Origin: Vicinamibacterales bacterium
Lineage (GTDB): Bacteria; Acidobacteriota; Vicinamibacteria; Vicinamibacterales; UBA2999
Assembly: GCA_050250955.1 (NCBI GenBank)
Contig: JBFWNR010000004.1
Coordinates: 437,524 to 501,523, forward strand
Length of the DNA stretch: 64,000 nucleotides
Direction: 5' to 3'
Position numbers and translations under genes: made by a program. Shown here in pieces: positions 1-10,989 of this stretch (position 1 is its first letter; every line of letters starts with the position of its first letter). A model generated the notes under the pieces. That model made no database searches and was not told the origin of the DNA. It saw only the letters and a list, made by a program, of their open reading frames with translations.

Positions 1-1151
1 AGTGTGTCGGCCGTGGTGATGCCGGAGCGAACCTCGACCCGCTCGGCATCCTCGAGCCCGGTCTCGATGGGCAGGAACTTGGCCTTGTTCTCGGCGGTCA
101 TGGTGAACACGCCGCGGGTGCTGTTGTAGTCGACGACCGCGGACTTGGGCACCAGCGTGGTGTTGGTGCGGCGTTCGACGGTGACGCTCATTCGTGCGTA
201 CATGCCCGGTTTGAGGCGGAAGTCGGCGTTGGGCACCTCGATCTCGATCTCGGCCGTGCGCGTCGTCGGGTCGAGGACCGGCGCGACACGCGCGATCCGG
301 CCCGAGAACGCCTCGCCCGGGAAGGCGTCGACCTCGACCCGCGCCGGGTCGCCGACGCTGACCAGCCGCAGGTCCTTCTCGACGACGTTGGCGACCAGCC
401 GTACCGAGCTGATGTCGACGACCGAGACGACCGGGGCGGCGTTGGAGGCCCAGGCGCCGGGGTCGACGTTGCGCTTGCCGACGAAGCCGTTCACCGGCGA
501 GGTGATGCTGGTGTTGGCGAGGTTGATGCGGAGCTCGTCGAGTCGGGCCTGGGCCTGGGCGAACTGCGCGCGGGCGAGATCCAGCTGCGCGGTCGCGGCG
601 GCGGCGCGGGCTTCGGCATCGTCGAGCGACTGGCGGGGCAGGAGCTGCCGTTCGAACAGGCTCTTGGATCGTTCCAGGTTGACTTCGGCGAACTTCAGGT
701 CGGCTTCGCGCTGGCGAATCGTCGCCTGGGCAACCTGGAAGGAGGCCTCGGCCTGCTTGACCTGTTCGGTGATCTCCTGGTCTTCGATCTTGGCCAGCAG
801 CTGACCGCGCCCGACCCGGTCGCCGAGCTTGACATTGACGCTCACCAGCCGGCCGCCGGTCCGCGGCACGACATCGACGGTGGCCGCGCCGATGAGGTTA
901 CCGACCACGTTCAGCTCGGCGGCGATGTCGCCGGTCGTCGGCTTGCTCAGTTCGACGGCCATCGGCGGGCGGAACGCCCCGCCGCCGAATCCGCCCCTGC
1001 CACCGCCACCACCAGGGCCGGTGCCGCCGCCTGGCGCGCCGCCGCCCGGGCCCGCTCCCGCGTCGGAGTCGGCGCGCGAGCATGCGCCGGCCCCCAGGGC
1101 GAGGGCCGCCATCACCAGCACTCCGACGCCGATTCGCACTCTGTTCCGCAT
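1..1151 (-). CDS. Efflux-pump periplasmic adaptor subunit (MFP/HlyD family) lipoprotein; 3' end lies beyond the window start
   Basis: Absent from the ORF track because it has no stop in the window. The reverse strand from ATG (1151-1149) reads MRNRVRIGVGVLVMAALALGAGAC (lipobox), a Gly-rich linker, coiled-coil QAEASFQVAQATIRQREADL, then PGMYARMSVTVERRTNTTLVPKSAVV, typical of the adaptor beta-barrel domain. GC3 is high. It lies directly downstream of the TolC-like gene. Confidence 0.8.
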   Translation of the reverse strand, partial: MRNRVRIGVGVLVMAALALGAGACSRADSDAGAGPGGGAPGGGTGPGGGGGRGGFGGGAFRPPMAVELSKPTTGDIAAELNVVGNLIGAATVDVVPRTGGRLVSVNVKLGDRVGRGQLLAKIEDQEITEQVKQAEASFQVAQATIRQREADLKFAEVNLERSKSLFERQLLPRQSLDDAEARAAAATAQLDLARAQFAQAQARLDELRINLANTSITSPVNGFVGKRNVDPGAWASNAAPVVSVVDISSVRLVANVVEKDLRLVSVGDPARVEVDAFPGEAFSGRIARVAPVLDPTTRTAEIEIEVPNADFRLKPGMYARMSVTVERRTNTTLVPKSAVVDYNSTRGVFTMTAENKAKFLPIETGLEDAERVEVRSGITTADT

Positions 1152-1214
1152 AAGCTGTGGTCCGTTCACTCCCGGGGCCGTCATCGGCGCACCGCCAGCG
1201 ATTCGCCGCCGCCG

Positions 1215-2921
1215 TTAGCCGCCCTGACCCGCCGCCTGACCGCCACCGGTGGTCTGCGCACCGGGCTGGCCGCCGCCCGTGGTCCCGCCGCCGCCTGCCG
1301 GTGCCTCCTGCGCCCGCTCGAAGGTGACCAGCGCCCGCTGGAGATCGGTGAGCGCGCGCAGCTCGACGTTCTGTGCGTCGGCGAGGTCGCGCTGCGACTG
1401 CACGACGAAGAAGTTGGTGGACAGCCCAACCTCGAACTTGCTCTGTTCCGCCTCCAGCTGCCGCTCGGCCAGTGCCCGCGCCGCGCGCGCCGCCTCGACG
1501 CGACGGAGGTTGGCCTGCACCTGCAGCGCGGCGTTGGTGACTTCGGTCGCCACCTGCAGTTCGAGGGCCCGCAGGCGGGTCGACTGCTGGGTGCGCTGCA
1601 CCCGGGCCCGCGCGTACTGGCCGTCGGCGTTGTTGCCGCCGATCGGATAGCTGACCGTCAGCGCCGCGTTCCAGGTCGGGAAGTCCCGCGCGGACAGCAG
1701 CTGCAGCGCGTCCGAGTAGCCACCCGGGATCGTGCCGGTGACCTGGCTGCCGAGGCCGGTCCCCGAGCGGATGTACTGGGTGCCGCCGATGCCCTGGGCG
1801 CCGTAGTTGACCTGCAGATCGACCGCCGGCAGGGTTTGATTGCGCCAGAAGCGCAAGGTGACGTCGTTGCCGTCGAGGTTCTTGCGCGCGGTGGCCAGGT
1901 CGGTCCGTCGTTCGAGCGCGTTGCGCACCGCGGATTCGACGTCGAGCGGCGCCACGGCCAGCTGCGGCAGGTCTACGGCCCGGAGTTCCTGGGTCCACAG
2001 CGGATCGCTGGTCCCGGTCACGAGCAGGCGCTTCAAGGTCAGTTGCGCCGTGGCCAGCGTCGCCTCGGCCTGGGCGAGGGTCTGGCGACGGTTGGCGGCT
2101 TCGGCTTCGGCCTGCACGACGTCGATCGGCGCGAGGGTGCCGACCTCGACGCGGGCCTGGTTGTCCTCGACCAGTTTCTGCGCCAGCTCCAGCGAACGCT
2201 GGGCGACCTCGACGGCGGCGCGCGCGTAGGCGAGTTCCCAGTAGGCGTTGCGGACGTTGGCGGCGGTCTGGGCGACCGTCGCCCGCAGCGCCTCCTCGGC
2301 GATGTCGCGGTTGATCTGGACGACGGCGATCTGCTGCCGGTTGTTGTCGATCCGGAAGTCGCGCAGCAGCGGCTGGACGAAGGTCGCGGTCAGGGTCGAG
2401 GTGAAGGTCGGGTTGTAGTTGGCGAAGAGGTTCGAGGTGGAGAGGCGGGTGTTGTTGAAGGTGAGCGCGAAGTTGCCGCCGCCCCAGGGCACTTCCTGGC
2501 TGACCCCGAAGTTGTAGGTGGTGGTGTCGTTGGTGACGCGCTGGCCGCCGTTCAGCTGGTTGGTCGGCGGATTCACCTGGCTGCGCTGGCCGAGCGTCGA
2601 ACTGGCCAGCGGTCGATAGAGATTCCGGAGGCCGGCGAGCTGGAAGTCCGCCGCCTGCGGATTGAGCCGCTCGACGGCGATGTCGAGGTTCTGGGCCAGC
2701 GCCAGTTCGACCGCCTCGTCGAGCCGCAGGTCGCGAAGCGGCCCCTGCGCGACGACGATGCCGCCGCGATCGGCGACCACCGGGACGGCGCGGCTGCGTT
2801 CGGCTTCGAAGCGCGCCACGGCGTCGCGGATGAGCGACTCACGGGCGGCGTCCTGCGCCGTCGCCACGCCGGCGACGCCGCACACGAGCAGCAGGGACAG
2901 GGTGTGTCTGAAGGTGGACAT
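1215..2921 (-). CDS. TolC-family outer membrane efflux protein
   Basis: 568-aa ORF with signal peptide MSTFRHTLSLLLVCGVAGVATAQ. Two OEP-type helical repeats (LDEAVELALAQNLDI..., NAYWELAYARAAVEVAQRSLELAQKLVEDNQARVEVG...). Gly-rich C-terminal tail. Adjacent to the MFP gene. Confidence 0.85.
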   Translation of the reverse strand: MSTFRHTLSLLLVCGVAGVATAQDAARESLIRDAVARFEAERSRAVPVVADRGGIVVAQGPLRDLRLDEAVELALAQNLDIAVERLNPQAADFQLAGLRNLYRPLASSTLGQRSQVNPPTNQLNGGQRVTNDTTTYNFGVSQEVPWGGGNFALTFNNTRLSTSNLFANYNPTFTSTLTATFVQPLLRDFRIDNNRQQIAVVQINRDIAEEALRATVAQTAANVRNAYWELAYARAAVEVAQRSLELAQKLVEDNQARVEVGTLAPIDVVQAEAEAANRRQTLAQAEATLATAQLTLKRLLVTGTSDPLWTQELRAVDLPQLAVAPLDVESAVRNALERRTDLATARKNLDGNDVTLRFWRNQTLPAVDLQVNYGAQGIGGTQYIRSGTGLGSQVTGTIPGGYSDALQLLSARDFPTWNAALTVSYPIGGNNADGQYARARVQRTQQSTRLRALELQVATEVTNAALQVQANLRRVEAARAARALAERQLEAEQSKFEVGLSTNFFVVQSQRDLADAQNVELRALTDLQRALVTFERAQEAPAGGGGTTGGGQPGAQTTGGGQAAGQGG

Positions 2922-2938
2922 GGGAGTGGGCGGCGCGG

Positions 2939-3382
2939 TCAGCGCTGCGGCCGCGGCCGGCCGTGGCCGCGCCGCTCACGCTCGCGCTCATCGAACAGCA
3001 CCTGCAATTTGACGTGTTGATCGGAGGTGAGGATGCGCCGCATCCGGTAGAGCATCACCGCGCGGGTGCGGCCGAGATCCGAGCGGGCGGCCTCGACGCG
3101 GGTGATCGCGTCGGTGGCGGTGGCTTCGTCGGCGGTGCCGTCGGCCACGATCCGGGCCAGCTCGGCCTGCAGGCGATCCAGGGTGGCCTTGTGGGTCCGC
3201 ATCGCCGGACCGGTGGACTGATAGATCTCCTCGAGGCGATCGATCTGTTCGGTGGACAGAGCCAGTTCGCGCTGATACCGCTCGTCCTGCCACCACTTGA
3301 AACCCTGTGCGGTCACCCCGCTGCCGAGGACGCAGGCGAGGACGACACTCGCGGCGACAAACCTTGACAATTGGGTGCTCAT
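2939..3382 (-). CDS. Spy/CpxP-family periplasmic protein (LTXXQ motifs)
   Basis: C-terminal 147 codons of track ORF 2939..4288, starting at ATG 3382. Signal peptide MSTQLSRFVAASVVLACVLGSGVTAQ. Two LTXXQ-type motifs (LSTEQ, LTSDQ) in an all-helical basic protein. The rest of the long ORF is antisense to ispH. Confidence 0.7.
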   Translation of the reverse strand: MSTQLSRFVAASVVLACVLGSGVTAQGFKWWQDERYQRELALSTEQIDRLEEIYQSTGPAMRTHKATLDRLQAELARIVADGTADEATATDAITRVEAARSDLGRTRAVMLYRMRRILTSDQHVKLQVLFDERERERRGHGRPRPQR

Positions 3383-3423
3383 ACCACAGGGGTTACGCCG
3401 GCGCGGCGCGGCGCGTTTACCGC

Positions 3424-4608
3424 TCAGGCGCCGGCGGCGAAGCGTTCCAGCGCCCGGATGGCCGCCTCGACGAGGTTGTCCGGCGTCGAGGCGCCCGAGG
3501 TGAGCCCGACGCGGACCGGCCCCTCGGCCGGCAGCCACCCGGTGGCGACGAGCTCGGTGCGCGACGCCACGTCGCGGTGACGGATGGCGTCGGCCGACAG
3601 CAGGCCGTCGGGATCGGCGATGTGGTAGGTGGGGACCCGGGCGGCGCAGATACGCGCCAGGTTGCAGGTATTGCTGCTGTTGTAGCCGCCGATGACGATC
3701 ATGAGGTCGAGGGGGTGCTCGTCGAGCATGCGCTCGACGGCGTCCTGGCGGTCCTGGGTGGCGCTGCAGATGGTGTCGAAGGCCCGGAACCGCCCGGCGT
3801 CGCCGCCGTCGCGCTCGTGGATCGCGGCACGGAACATCTCGCCGATCGCGAACGACTCGCTGCTGAGCATCGTCGTCTGGTTGGCGCAGCCGATGCGCTC
3901 CAGGTGGCGCGCCGGATCGAACCCGGGCGAACTGGCGTCGGCGAAGCGCGCGGTCAGCGCCGCGGCGGTCGGCGCCCCGGGGCGGCCGGCGATGAAGTCG
4001 CACACCGCGCCGGCTTCGTCGCGGTCGAGCACCACGAGGTAGTGCCCGCCGGCGGTCTGGACCGCCTGCGAGGCCGTTGCCCGTGTCTCTTCGTGCCAGT
4101 GCTTGCCGTGGATCACCGAGGTGTAACCGTCGTCGGCATAGCGGCGGACGTTCTTCCAGACGTTCAGCACCGACCCGCAGGTCGTGTCGACCAGCGTGCA
4201 GCCGATGGCGTCGAGCCGTCGCAGCTCCTCGATGGTGACGCCGAAGGCCGGCAGGATGACGACATCGTCGGCGGTCAACGCCGCCCACGACTCGCCGGGA
4301 TCCGAGAGAAACCGGATGCCCTGGCCGCGCAGCCGGTCGTTGACGTGCGGATTGTGGATGATCTCGCCGGTCAGGAAGACCCGCCGTGCCGGGAACTTCA
4401 GCCGCGCCTGGTAGGCGTAGTCCACGGCGCGGTCGACGCCGTAGCAGAAGCCGAACTCGCGCGCCAGGTGCAACGTGAGCCGGCCGGCGGTGTGGCGGTA
4501 GTCGGCGGCCTTGATCGCCGCCACCAGCGCGCTGTGGTAGTTCTCGGCCAGCTCGCCGGCGACCTCGCGCTTGAGATCCAGGCCCTTCTTGAAGATGAGC
4601 GACGGCAC
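3424..4608 (-). CDS. ispH: 4-hydroxy-3-methylbut-2-enyl diphosphate reductase (long, cyanobacterial/plant-type IspH)
   Basis: 394 aa with GFCYGVDRAV, TTCGSVLNVW, HGKHWHEET, CANQTTM, ICSATQDRQDA and GGYNSSNT motifs characteristic of LytB/IspH. GTG start at 4608 overlaps the TAG of the upstream gene by 1 nt. Confidence 0.9.
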   Translation of the reverse strand: MPSLIFKKGLDLKREVAGELAENYHSALVAAIKAADYRHTAGRLTLHLAREFGFCYGVDRAVDYAYQARLKFPARRVFLTGEIIHNPHVNDRLRGQGIRFLSDPGESWAALTADDVVILPAFGVTIEELRRLDAIGCTLVDTTCGSVLNVWKNVRRYADDGYTSVIHGKHWHEETRATASQAVQTAGGHYLVVLDRDEAGAVCDFIAGRPGAPTAAALTARFADASSPGFDPARHLERIGCANQTTMLSSESFAIGEMFRAAIHERDGGDAGRFRAFDTICSATQDRQDAVERMLDEHPLDLMIVIGGYNSSNTCNLARICAARVPTYHIADPDGLLSADAIRHRDVASRTELVATGWLPAEGPVRVGLTSGASTPDNLVEAAIRALERFAAGA

Positions 4609-5189
4609 TACCGCATCTCGTAGTGCACGGGCGTCAAGGCATCGAGGGCCCGCAGCTCCGGTCGGGAACCCGGCGCCAGGGCCGCTTCCACCTCGCTCAA
4701 CAGCGTGTCGTCGACGGGACGGCCTCCGGCCCTGACGTCTTCGACAGCCGGCGGGGACGCCGCCTGCCGTTCGGCGGGACCGCGCGCCGCCGGTTGACCG
4801 AGATGCGGCAGCTGGCCGGCGAGGGCGCCGAAGATCAGCCCGGCCGCGGCGGCCGCGGCGAGCCAGCGCCGATCGGCGCGCGGCCGGGCAGGGCCCGCGT
4901 CGGCGTCGCCGGCAGGGAAGGCCAGCACTCGCGCCGTGCGCTGGCCACGGGCGATGCGGGCGAGGATCGAGCGCCGCTGGCGCTCGAGGTCGGCCGACGA
5001 GAAGAGCGCGTCGGTGACCGCGGTGGCCCCGGCCCGCAGGCCAGCCGTCTCGCGCTCGGCGCGCTCGGCCGCGGTCCGGCAGCGCTGGCAGTCCGCCAGG
5101 TGCGCCGCCGCGCGGCTGTCGGCGACCGGGTCGAGCGCCAGCAGCCGCAAGGTCGTCGCGTCGAGGTGCCGGTCGGACGGTCGCATCAC
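4608..5189 (-). CDS. Zinc-binding anti-sigma factor (ZAS type), single-pass membrane protein
   Basis: 193 aa with the HxxxCxxC motif (HLADCQRC) near the N-terminus and one hydrophobic helix (WLAAAAAAGLIFGALAG). The start (GTG 5189 or ATG 5186) overlaps the stop of the ECF sigma gene. Confidence 0.7.
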   Translation of the reverse strand: MMRPSDRHLDATTLRLLALDPVADSRAAAHLADCQRCRTAAERAERETAGLRAGATAVTDALFSSADLERQRRSILARIARGQRTARVLAFPAGDADAGPARPRADRRWLAAAAAAGLIFGALAGQLPHLGQPAARGPAERQAASPPAVEDVRAGGRPVDDTLLSEVEAALAPGSRPELRALDALTPVHYEMR

Positions 5190-5818
5190 AGCGGGCCTCC
5201 CAACGCCGCCCGCAACTTGCGCAGGGCGCGGAACAGGTGGACGCGGACCGTGGCCGGGCTCATACCCAGGGCGGCGGCCACTTCAGCCGGCGCCTGCTCG
5301 TCGAGGTGGCAGAGCAGGAACACGTCGCGCTGGCGGGCCGGCAGGTCGCGTACCGCCGCCGACAACTCGCGCCACTTGGCGGCGACGAGCAGTCGCCGCT
5401 CGGGCGACGGGTCGGCGGCCACGGCGGTGTCCACCGGTGCCGGCCCGTTCTCGTCCTCGGCCGGAGCCAGGAACCAGCGCCGCACGCGGTTGCGCGCCTT
5501 GGCCCGATCCAGGCAGGCGTTGACCAGGATCCGCGTGAACCACGCGTCGAACGGCGAATCGGCCCGGTAGCTGGTCATGTGCCCGTACAGCTTCACGAAC
5601 GCGTCCTGGACCGCGTCGTCGGCGTCGGCCGGATTGCCGAGATAGTGGAGCGCCAGCCGCAGGGCCCGCCGCTGCCACACGCCGACCAAGTCCCCGAAAC
5701 GCTCAGCCGCGGCCTCCTGGTCGCCCCCGTCGAGCAACCGCTTGACGTCGGCGGCGATCGTCGAACTGTCGGCGTCGGCCGCAGCCGCGCTCCGGGTGGT
5801 CGTCGGTGTCCGTGACAT
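5186..5818 (-). CDS. ECF-subfamily RNA polymerase sigma-70 factor
   Basis: Region 2 ([44 protein letters not shown]) and region 4 HTH ([38 protein letters not shown]). The track ORF begins at 5938, but codons 5938-5819 are A/T3-rich (non-coding look) and contain the predicted promoter, so I prefer ATG 5818. Confidence 0.85.
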   Translation of the reverse strand: MSRTPTTTRSAAAADADSSTIAADVKRLLDGGDQEAAAERFGDLVGVWQRRALRLALHYLGNPADADDAVQDAFVKLYGHMTSYRADSPFDAWFTRILVNACLDRAKARNRVRRWFLAPAEDENGPAPVDTAVAADPSPERRLLVAAKWRELSAAVRDLPARQRDVFLLCHLDEQAPAEVAAALGMSPATVRVHLFRALRKLRAALGGPL

Positions 5819-5856
5819 TCCGATATACGCGGAATTGGCGGCCGCGTTTACCGCAG

Positions 5857-5865
5857 ATTGTATCA
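5857..5865 (-). promoter_or_regulatory. Extended -10 promoter element TGATACAAT for the sigma/anti-sigma/ispH string
   Basis: The reverse strand reads ggcTGATACAATctgcgg, about 39 nt upstream of ATG 5818, in an AT-rich island of a GC-rich genome. No -35 is required for TGn-type promoters. Confidence 0.35.
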
Positions 5866-5883
5866 GCCGGGCCGTCGAGATTG

Positions 5884-5913
5884 TTGACTTCTCATCTGTC
5901 GGCTCGGTACGAT
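5884..5913 (+). promoter_or_regulatory. Sigma70-type promoter TTGACT-N18-TACGAT upstream of pckA
   Basis: TTGACT at 5884-5889, 18-nt spacer, TACGAT at 5908-5913, about 48 nt upstream of ATG 5962. Confidence 0.45.
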
Positions 5914-5961
5914 CCCATGATTCGGCCGCATGCGGCATCGCGGCGCGACGCGAGGAGACGC

Positions 5962-7553
5962 ATGACTTCGAGTACGACCCGCCGGTCAGGCCTGGAGGCG
6001 CTCGGCATCGCTACGGCTCAGCCGGTGCACTGGAACCTCTCGCCCCCCGTGCTCTACGAGCACGCCCTGCGCCGTGGCGAGGGCGTGGTCGCGGCCGACG
6101 GGCCGCTGGTCTGCCGGACCGGCCAGCACACCGGCCGCTCGCCGAACGACAAGTTCGTCGTCAAGGAGCCGTCGAGCGAGGGCCACATCCACTGGGGCAG
6201 GGTCAACCGGCCGATGAGCGTCGAGCACTACGCCGCGCTGCGCGCCGACGTGGCCGCGCACCTCGGCCAGCACGAGCTCTTCGTGCAGGACCTGCACGCC
6301 GGGGCCGACCCCGTCTACCGCCTGCCGGTGCGGATGATCAGCGAGTACGCCTGGCACAGCCTGTTCGTGCGCAACCTGTTCATCGTCCCGAGCGAGGCCG
6401 AGCGGCCGGGCCACTCGCCGGAGTTCACGGTGATGTGCGCGCCGACGTTCCAGGCCGATCCGGCCCGGCACGGCTCGCGTTCCGACGTCGTCATCGCCGT
6501 GAACATGGCGGCGCGCGAAGTGATCATCGCCGGGACCAGCTACGCCGGTGAGAACAAGAAGTCGATCTTCACGGTGCTCAACTACGTGCTGCCGTTGAAG
6601 GGCGTGCTGTCCATGCACTGTTCCGCTAATATCGGCGCGGCCGGGGACACGGCCCTGTTCTTCGGCCTGTCCGGCACCGGCAAGACCACGCTGTCGAGCG
6701 ACCCGGAACGCGGCCTCATCGGCGACGACGAGCACGGCTGGAGCGAGCGCGGCGTGTTCAACTTCGAGGGGGGCTGCTACGCCAAGACGATCCGGCTGTC
6801 GGCCGAGGCCGAGCCGCAGATCTACGGCACCACCCGCCGCTTCGGGACCGTCCTCGAGAACGTCGTCCTCGACCCCGATACGCGCGTCCTCGACCTCGAC
6901 GCCGCGACGTTCACCGAGAACACCCGGGCGGCCTATCCGATCGAGTTCATCGCCAACGCGGTGCCGGGCGGCCAGGGCGGCCACCCCGCCAACATCGTCA
7001 TGCTGACGGCCGATGCGTTCGGGGTCCTGCCGCCGATCGCGCGGCTCAGCCCGGAAGGCGCGATGTACCACTTCCTGTCCGGCTACACCGCCAAGGTGGC
7101 GGGCACCGAGAAGGGCGTCACCGAGCCGAGCGCCACTTTCAGCACCTGTTTCGGGGCGCCGTTCCTGCCGCTCAACCCGAACGTCTACGCCCGCATGCTG
7201 GGGGAGAAGATCGCCCGGCACCAGGCCCGGGTCTGGCTGGTCAACACCGGATGGACCGGCGGTCCGCACGGCGTCGGCAGCCGCATGAAGATTGCATTCA
7301 CCCGGGCGATGATTCGCGCCGCACTGTCCGGCGGGCTCGACGGCGTGTCGTATCGCCGCCACCCGGTGTTCAACGTCGAGATGCCGACCAGCTGCCCCGA
7401 CGTCCCGTCGAGCGTGCTCGACCCGCGCGGCACCTGGCAGGACGGTGCCGCATACGACGAGCAGGCGGCCCGTCTGGCGGCGATGTTCGTCGAGAACTTC
7501 CGCAGCTTCGCCGGCGACGTCGACGCGACGGTGGTCGCCGCCGGCCCGCGGGT

Positions 7554-7557
<4 letters not shown>
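5962..7557 (+). CDS. pckA: Phosphoenolpyruvate carboxykinase (ATP)
   Basis: [13 protein letters not shown], the kinase-1a loop [19 protein letters not shown] and NTGWTGG motifs. The track ORF begins at 5806, but its first 52 codons cross the promoter. ATG 5962 gives the normal N-terminus. Confidence 0.9.
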
Positions 7558-9014
<1,457 letters not shown>

Positions 9015-9072
9015 TCCGAACCGTGCAGCCCGGCGGCGCGCGTCGGCGCGGGGCTGCTACTATGGGCGGGTC

Positions 9073-9735
9073 GTGATCGAGCTGCAGAACGTCTCCAAGG
9101 TCTACGGCACCGACGTCGTCGCCCTCGACAAGCTGTCGTTCTCGGTCGCCAAGGGCGAGTTCGTGTTCCTGACCGGGCCGAGCGGCGCCGGAAAGTCGAC
9201 CCTGTTGCGCCTGCTGTTGCGCCAGGAGCTGCCCACCGACGGCCACCTCGCCGTGGCCGGCCGGTCGCTGCCGACCCTCTCGACCAGCGAAGTGCAGGAC
9301 TACCGGCGATCGCTCGGCGTGGTCTTCCAGGACTTCAAGCTGATCCCCACCAAGACCGTGTTCGACAACGTGACCTTCGTGATGCGCGTGCTCGGGGTGC
9401 CGGTCGAGCAGCAGCGGCGGCGCACCTACCAGGTGCTGAAGTGGGTCGGGTTGCAGCACCGCGCCCTGGCCTATCCGCCGGAGCTCTCCGGCGGCGAACA
9501 GCAGCGCATCGCCATCGCCCGGGCCCTGGTCAACGACCCGCAGCTGGTGCTCGCCGACGAGCCCACCGGCAACCTCGACCCCGACCTGTCGCTCGAGATC
9601 ATGGACCTGTTCCGCGAGATCAACGCCGGCGGAACGACCGTCCTGGTCGCGACGCACGACCGGGCGCTCATCGCCCACGTCGGGCGCCGCGTCCTCCATC
9701 TCGAACAGGGCCGCGTCCCGGAGACCGCCGCGTGA
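9073..9735 (+). CDS. ftsE: Cell-division ABC transporter ATP-binding protein FtsE
   Basis: VIELQNVSKVY, Walker A GPSGAGKST, signature LSGGEQQR, Walker B LVLADEPTGNLD. GTG 9073 is chosen because the track start at 8956 overlaps the end of gatB and encodes non-protein-like sequence. Confidence 0.9.
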   Translation: MIELQNVSKVYGTDVVALDKLSFSVAKGEFVFLTGPSGAGKSTLLRLLLRQELPTDGHLAVAGRSLPTLSTSEVQDYRRSLGVVFQDFKLIPTKTVFDNVTFVMRVLGVPVEQQRRRTYQVLKWVGLQHRALAYPPELSGGEQQRIAIARALVNDPQLVLADEPTGNLDPDLSLEIMDLFREINAGGTTVLVATHDRALIAHVGRRVLHLEQGRVPETAA

Positions 9736-10640
9736 GGGCGCTGACCTACGCCTGGTCGGAGGCCCGGCTGAGCCTGCAGCGCGGCCGCTGGGCGCTGCTG
9801 CTGTCGGTGGCGACCATCGCCGTGGCCTTGACCATGCTCGGTGCGTTCCGAGTCGTCTCCGAGAACCTCGCCCGGGTCGCCGACGGCTGGCGGTCGGCAG
9901 CCGAGCTGACGGTCTATCTGGACGACCTGGTGAGCGAGGCCGAGCGGGCCGCCGCGCGCCAGCTGATCGAGCGCAGTCCCGCCGTCGCCGGCGTCACCTT
10001 CGTCACCAAGGAACAGGCGCTGGCACGCTTCGGCGCCGACTTTCCCGAACTGGGCGACGTCACCGGGTCCCTCGACGCCAATCCGTTTCCCGCCTCGTTC
10101 GACGTCAGGTTGAAGACCGACGCCGCCGCCGCCGACGGCGCCCAGGCGCTGGCTGCGGCCCTCGCCAAGCAGGCCGGCGTGGTCGACGTCCGCTACGACC
10201 AGCGCTGGATCGATCGGCTGCTGGCAGTGCTGGCCGCGCTGCGCACGGCCGGCTGGGCGTCGGCGCTGGCCCTCGTGCTCGGCGCCGCGACCACGGTCGT
10301 CGCCGTCGTGCGGCTGTCGTTCGAGTCGCGTCGCGAGGAGATCGCGATCATGGGGCTGGTGGGGGCGCCGGTGTCCTACATCCGCGGGCCGTTCGTGATG
10401 GAGGGCGCCATCCAGGGAGCCCTGGGAGCCATCGCCGCCCTGGGCGCGCTGGCCTCGCTCGGCCGCGTGGTCGGCCGGGCGCTGGGGCCGGCCGTGAATG
10501 CGCTGGGGCCCGACGCGCTGCGTCCGCTGTCGGCCGCTGACGCGGTCGGCCTGGTGGTGCTCGGCGCCGGTGTTGGCGCGATGGCCGGCCTGCTGGCGAC
10601 CTGGCGCTGGGACCCGGACCAGCAGTCGGCGGCCCGTTGA
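9732..10640 (+). CDS. ftsX: Cell-division permease-like protein FtsX
   Basis: GTG 9732 overlaps the ftsE stop (GTGA). N-terminal TM, periplasmic domain (ELTVYLDD..VTFVTKEQALARF) and three C-terminal TM helices; the classical FtsX layout. Confidence 0.85.
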   Translation: MRALTYAWSEARLSLQRGRWALLLSVATIAVALTMLGAFRVVSENLARVADGWRSAAELTVYLDDLVSEAERAAARQLIERSPAVAGVTFVTKEQALARFGADFPELGDVTGSLDANPFPASFDVRLKTDAAAADGAQALAAALAKQAGVVDVRYDQRWIDRLLAVLAALRTAGWASALALVLGAATTVVAVVRLSFESRREEIAIMGLVGAPVSYIRGPFVMEGAIQGALGAIAALGALASLGRVVGRALGPAVNALGPDALRPLSAADAVGLVVLGAGVGAMAGLLATWRWDPDQQSAAR

Positions 10641-10666
10641 CAGGTTCGTCACAGCAACCTTACACT
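10637..10666 (+). promoter_or_regulatory. Sigma70-type promoter TTGACA-N18-TACACT
   Basis: A perfect -35 at 10637-10642 overlaps the ftsX stop. TACACT at 10661-10666 lies 18 nt upstream of ATG 10684. Confidence 0.45.
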
Positions 10667-10683
10667 GCTGACAGTCGCCCCTG

Positions 10684-10989
10684 ATGCACAGGACCAGAGG
10701 CCGCATGCCGCACTTCCTGAGCGCCAGTCCCACCCCGGCTCCGGCTGTCTCCCTGATCGATTTCTACCGCGAGGAGTTCGTCAAGCATCGTGAGTGCCTG
10801 GCGGCCCAGCGGGAGTACTTCTCCGAACACGCGATTCGGCCGGTCGACACGGCCCTGTGCCGCATCATCGCCGAGATCGACGCGTTGACCCACGGCGACG
10901 ACGCCGACGTCGTCATCGCCCGGCTGCTGAAAGAATTCGACGTCGTGACCAGGCTCTCGGCTTGGACCGACCCCCGCCAGCTCAACTGA
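10684..10989 (+). CDS. Small hypothetical protein (about 95-101 aa), no family recognised
   Basis: The frame has strong GC3 bias and normal amino-acid composition (IDFYREEFVKHRECLAAQREYFSEHAIRPVDTALCRIIAEIDAL...), unlike the Arg-rich overlapping frame. Alternative start at ATG 10705. Confidence 0.55.
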   Translation: MHRTRGRMPHFLSASPTPAPAVSLIDFYREEFVKHRECLAAQREYFSEHAIRPVDTALCRIIAEIDALTHGDDADVVIARLLKEFDVVTRLSAWTDPRQLN

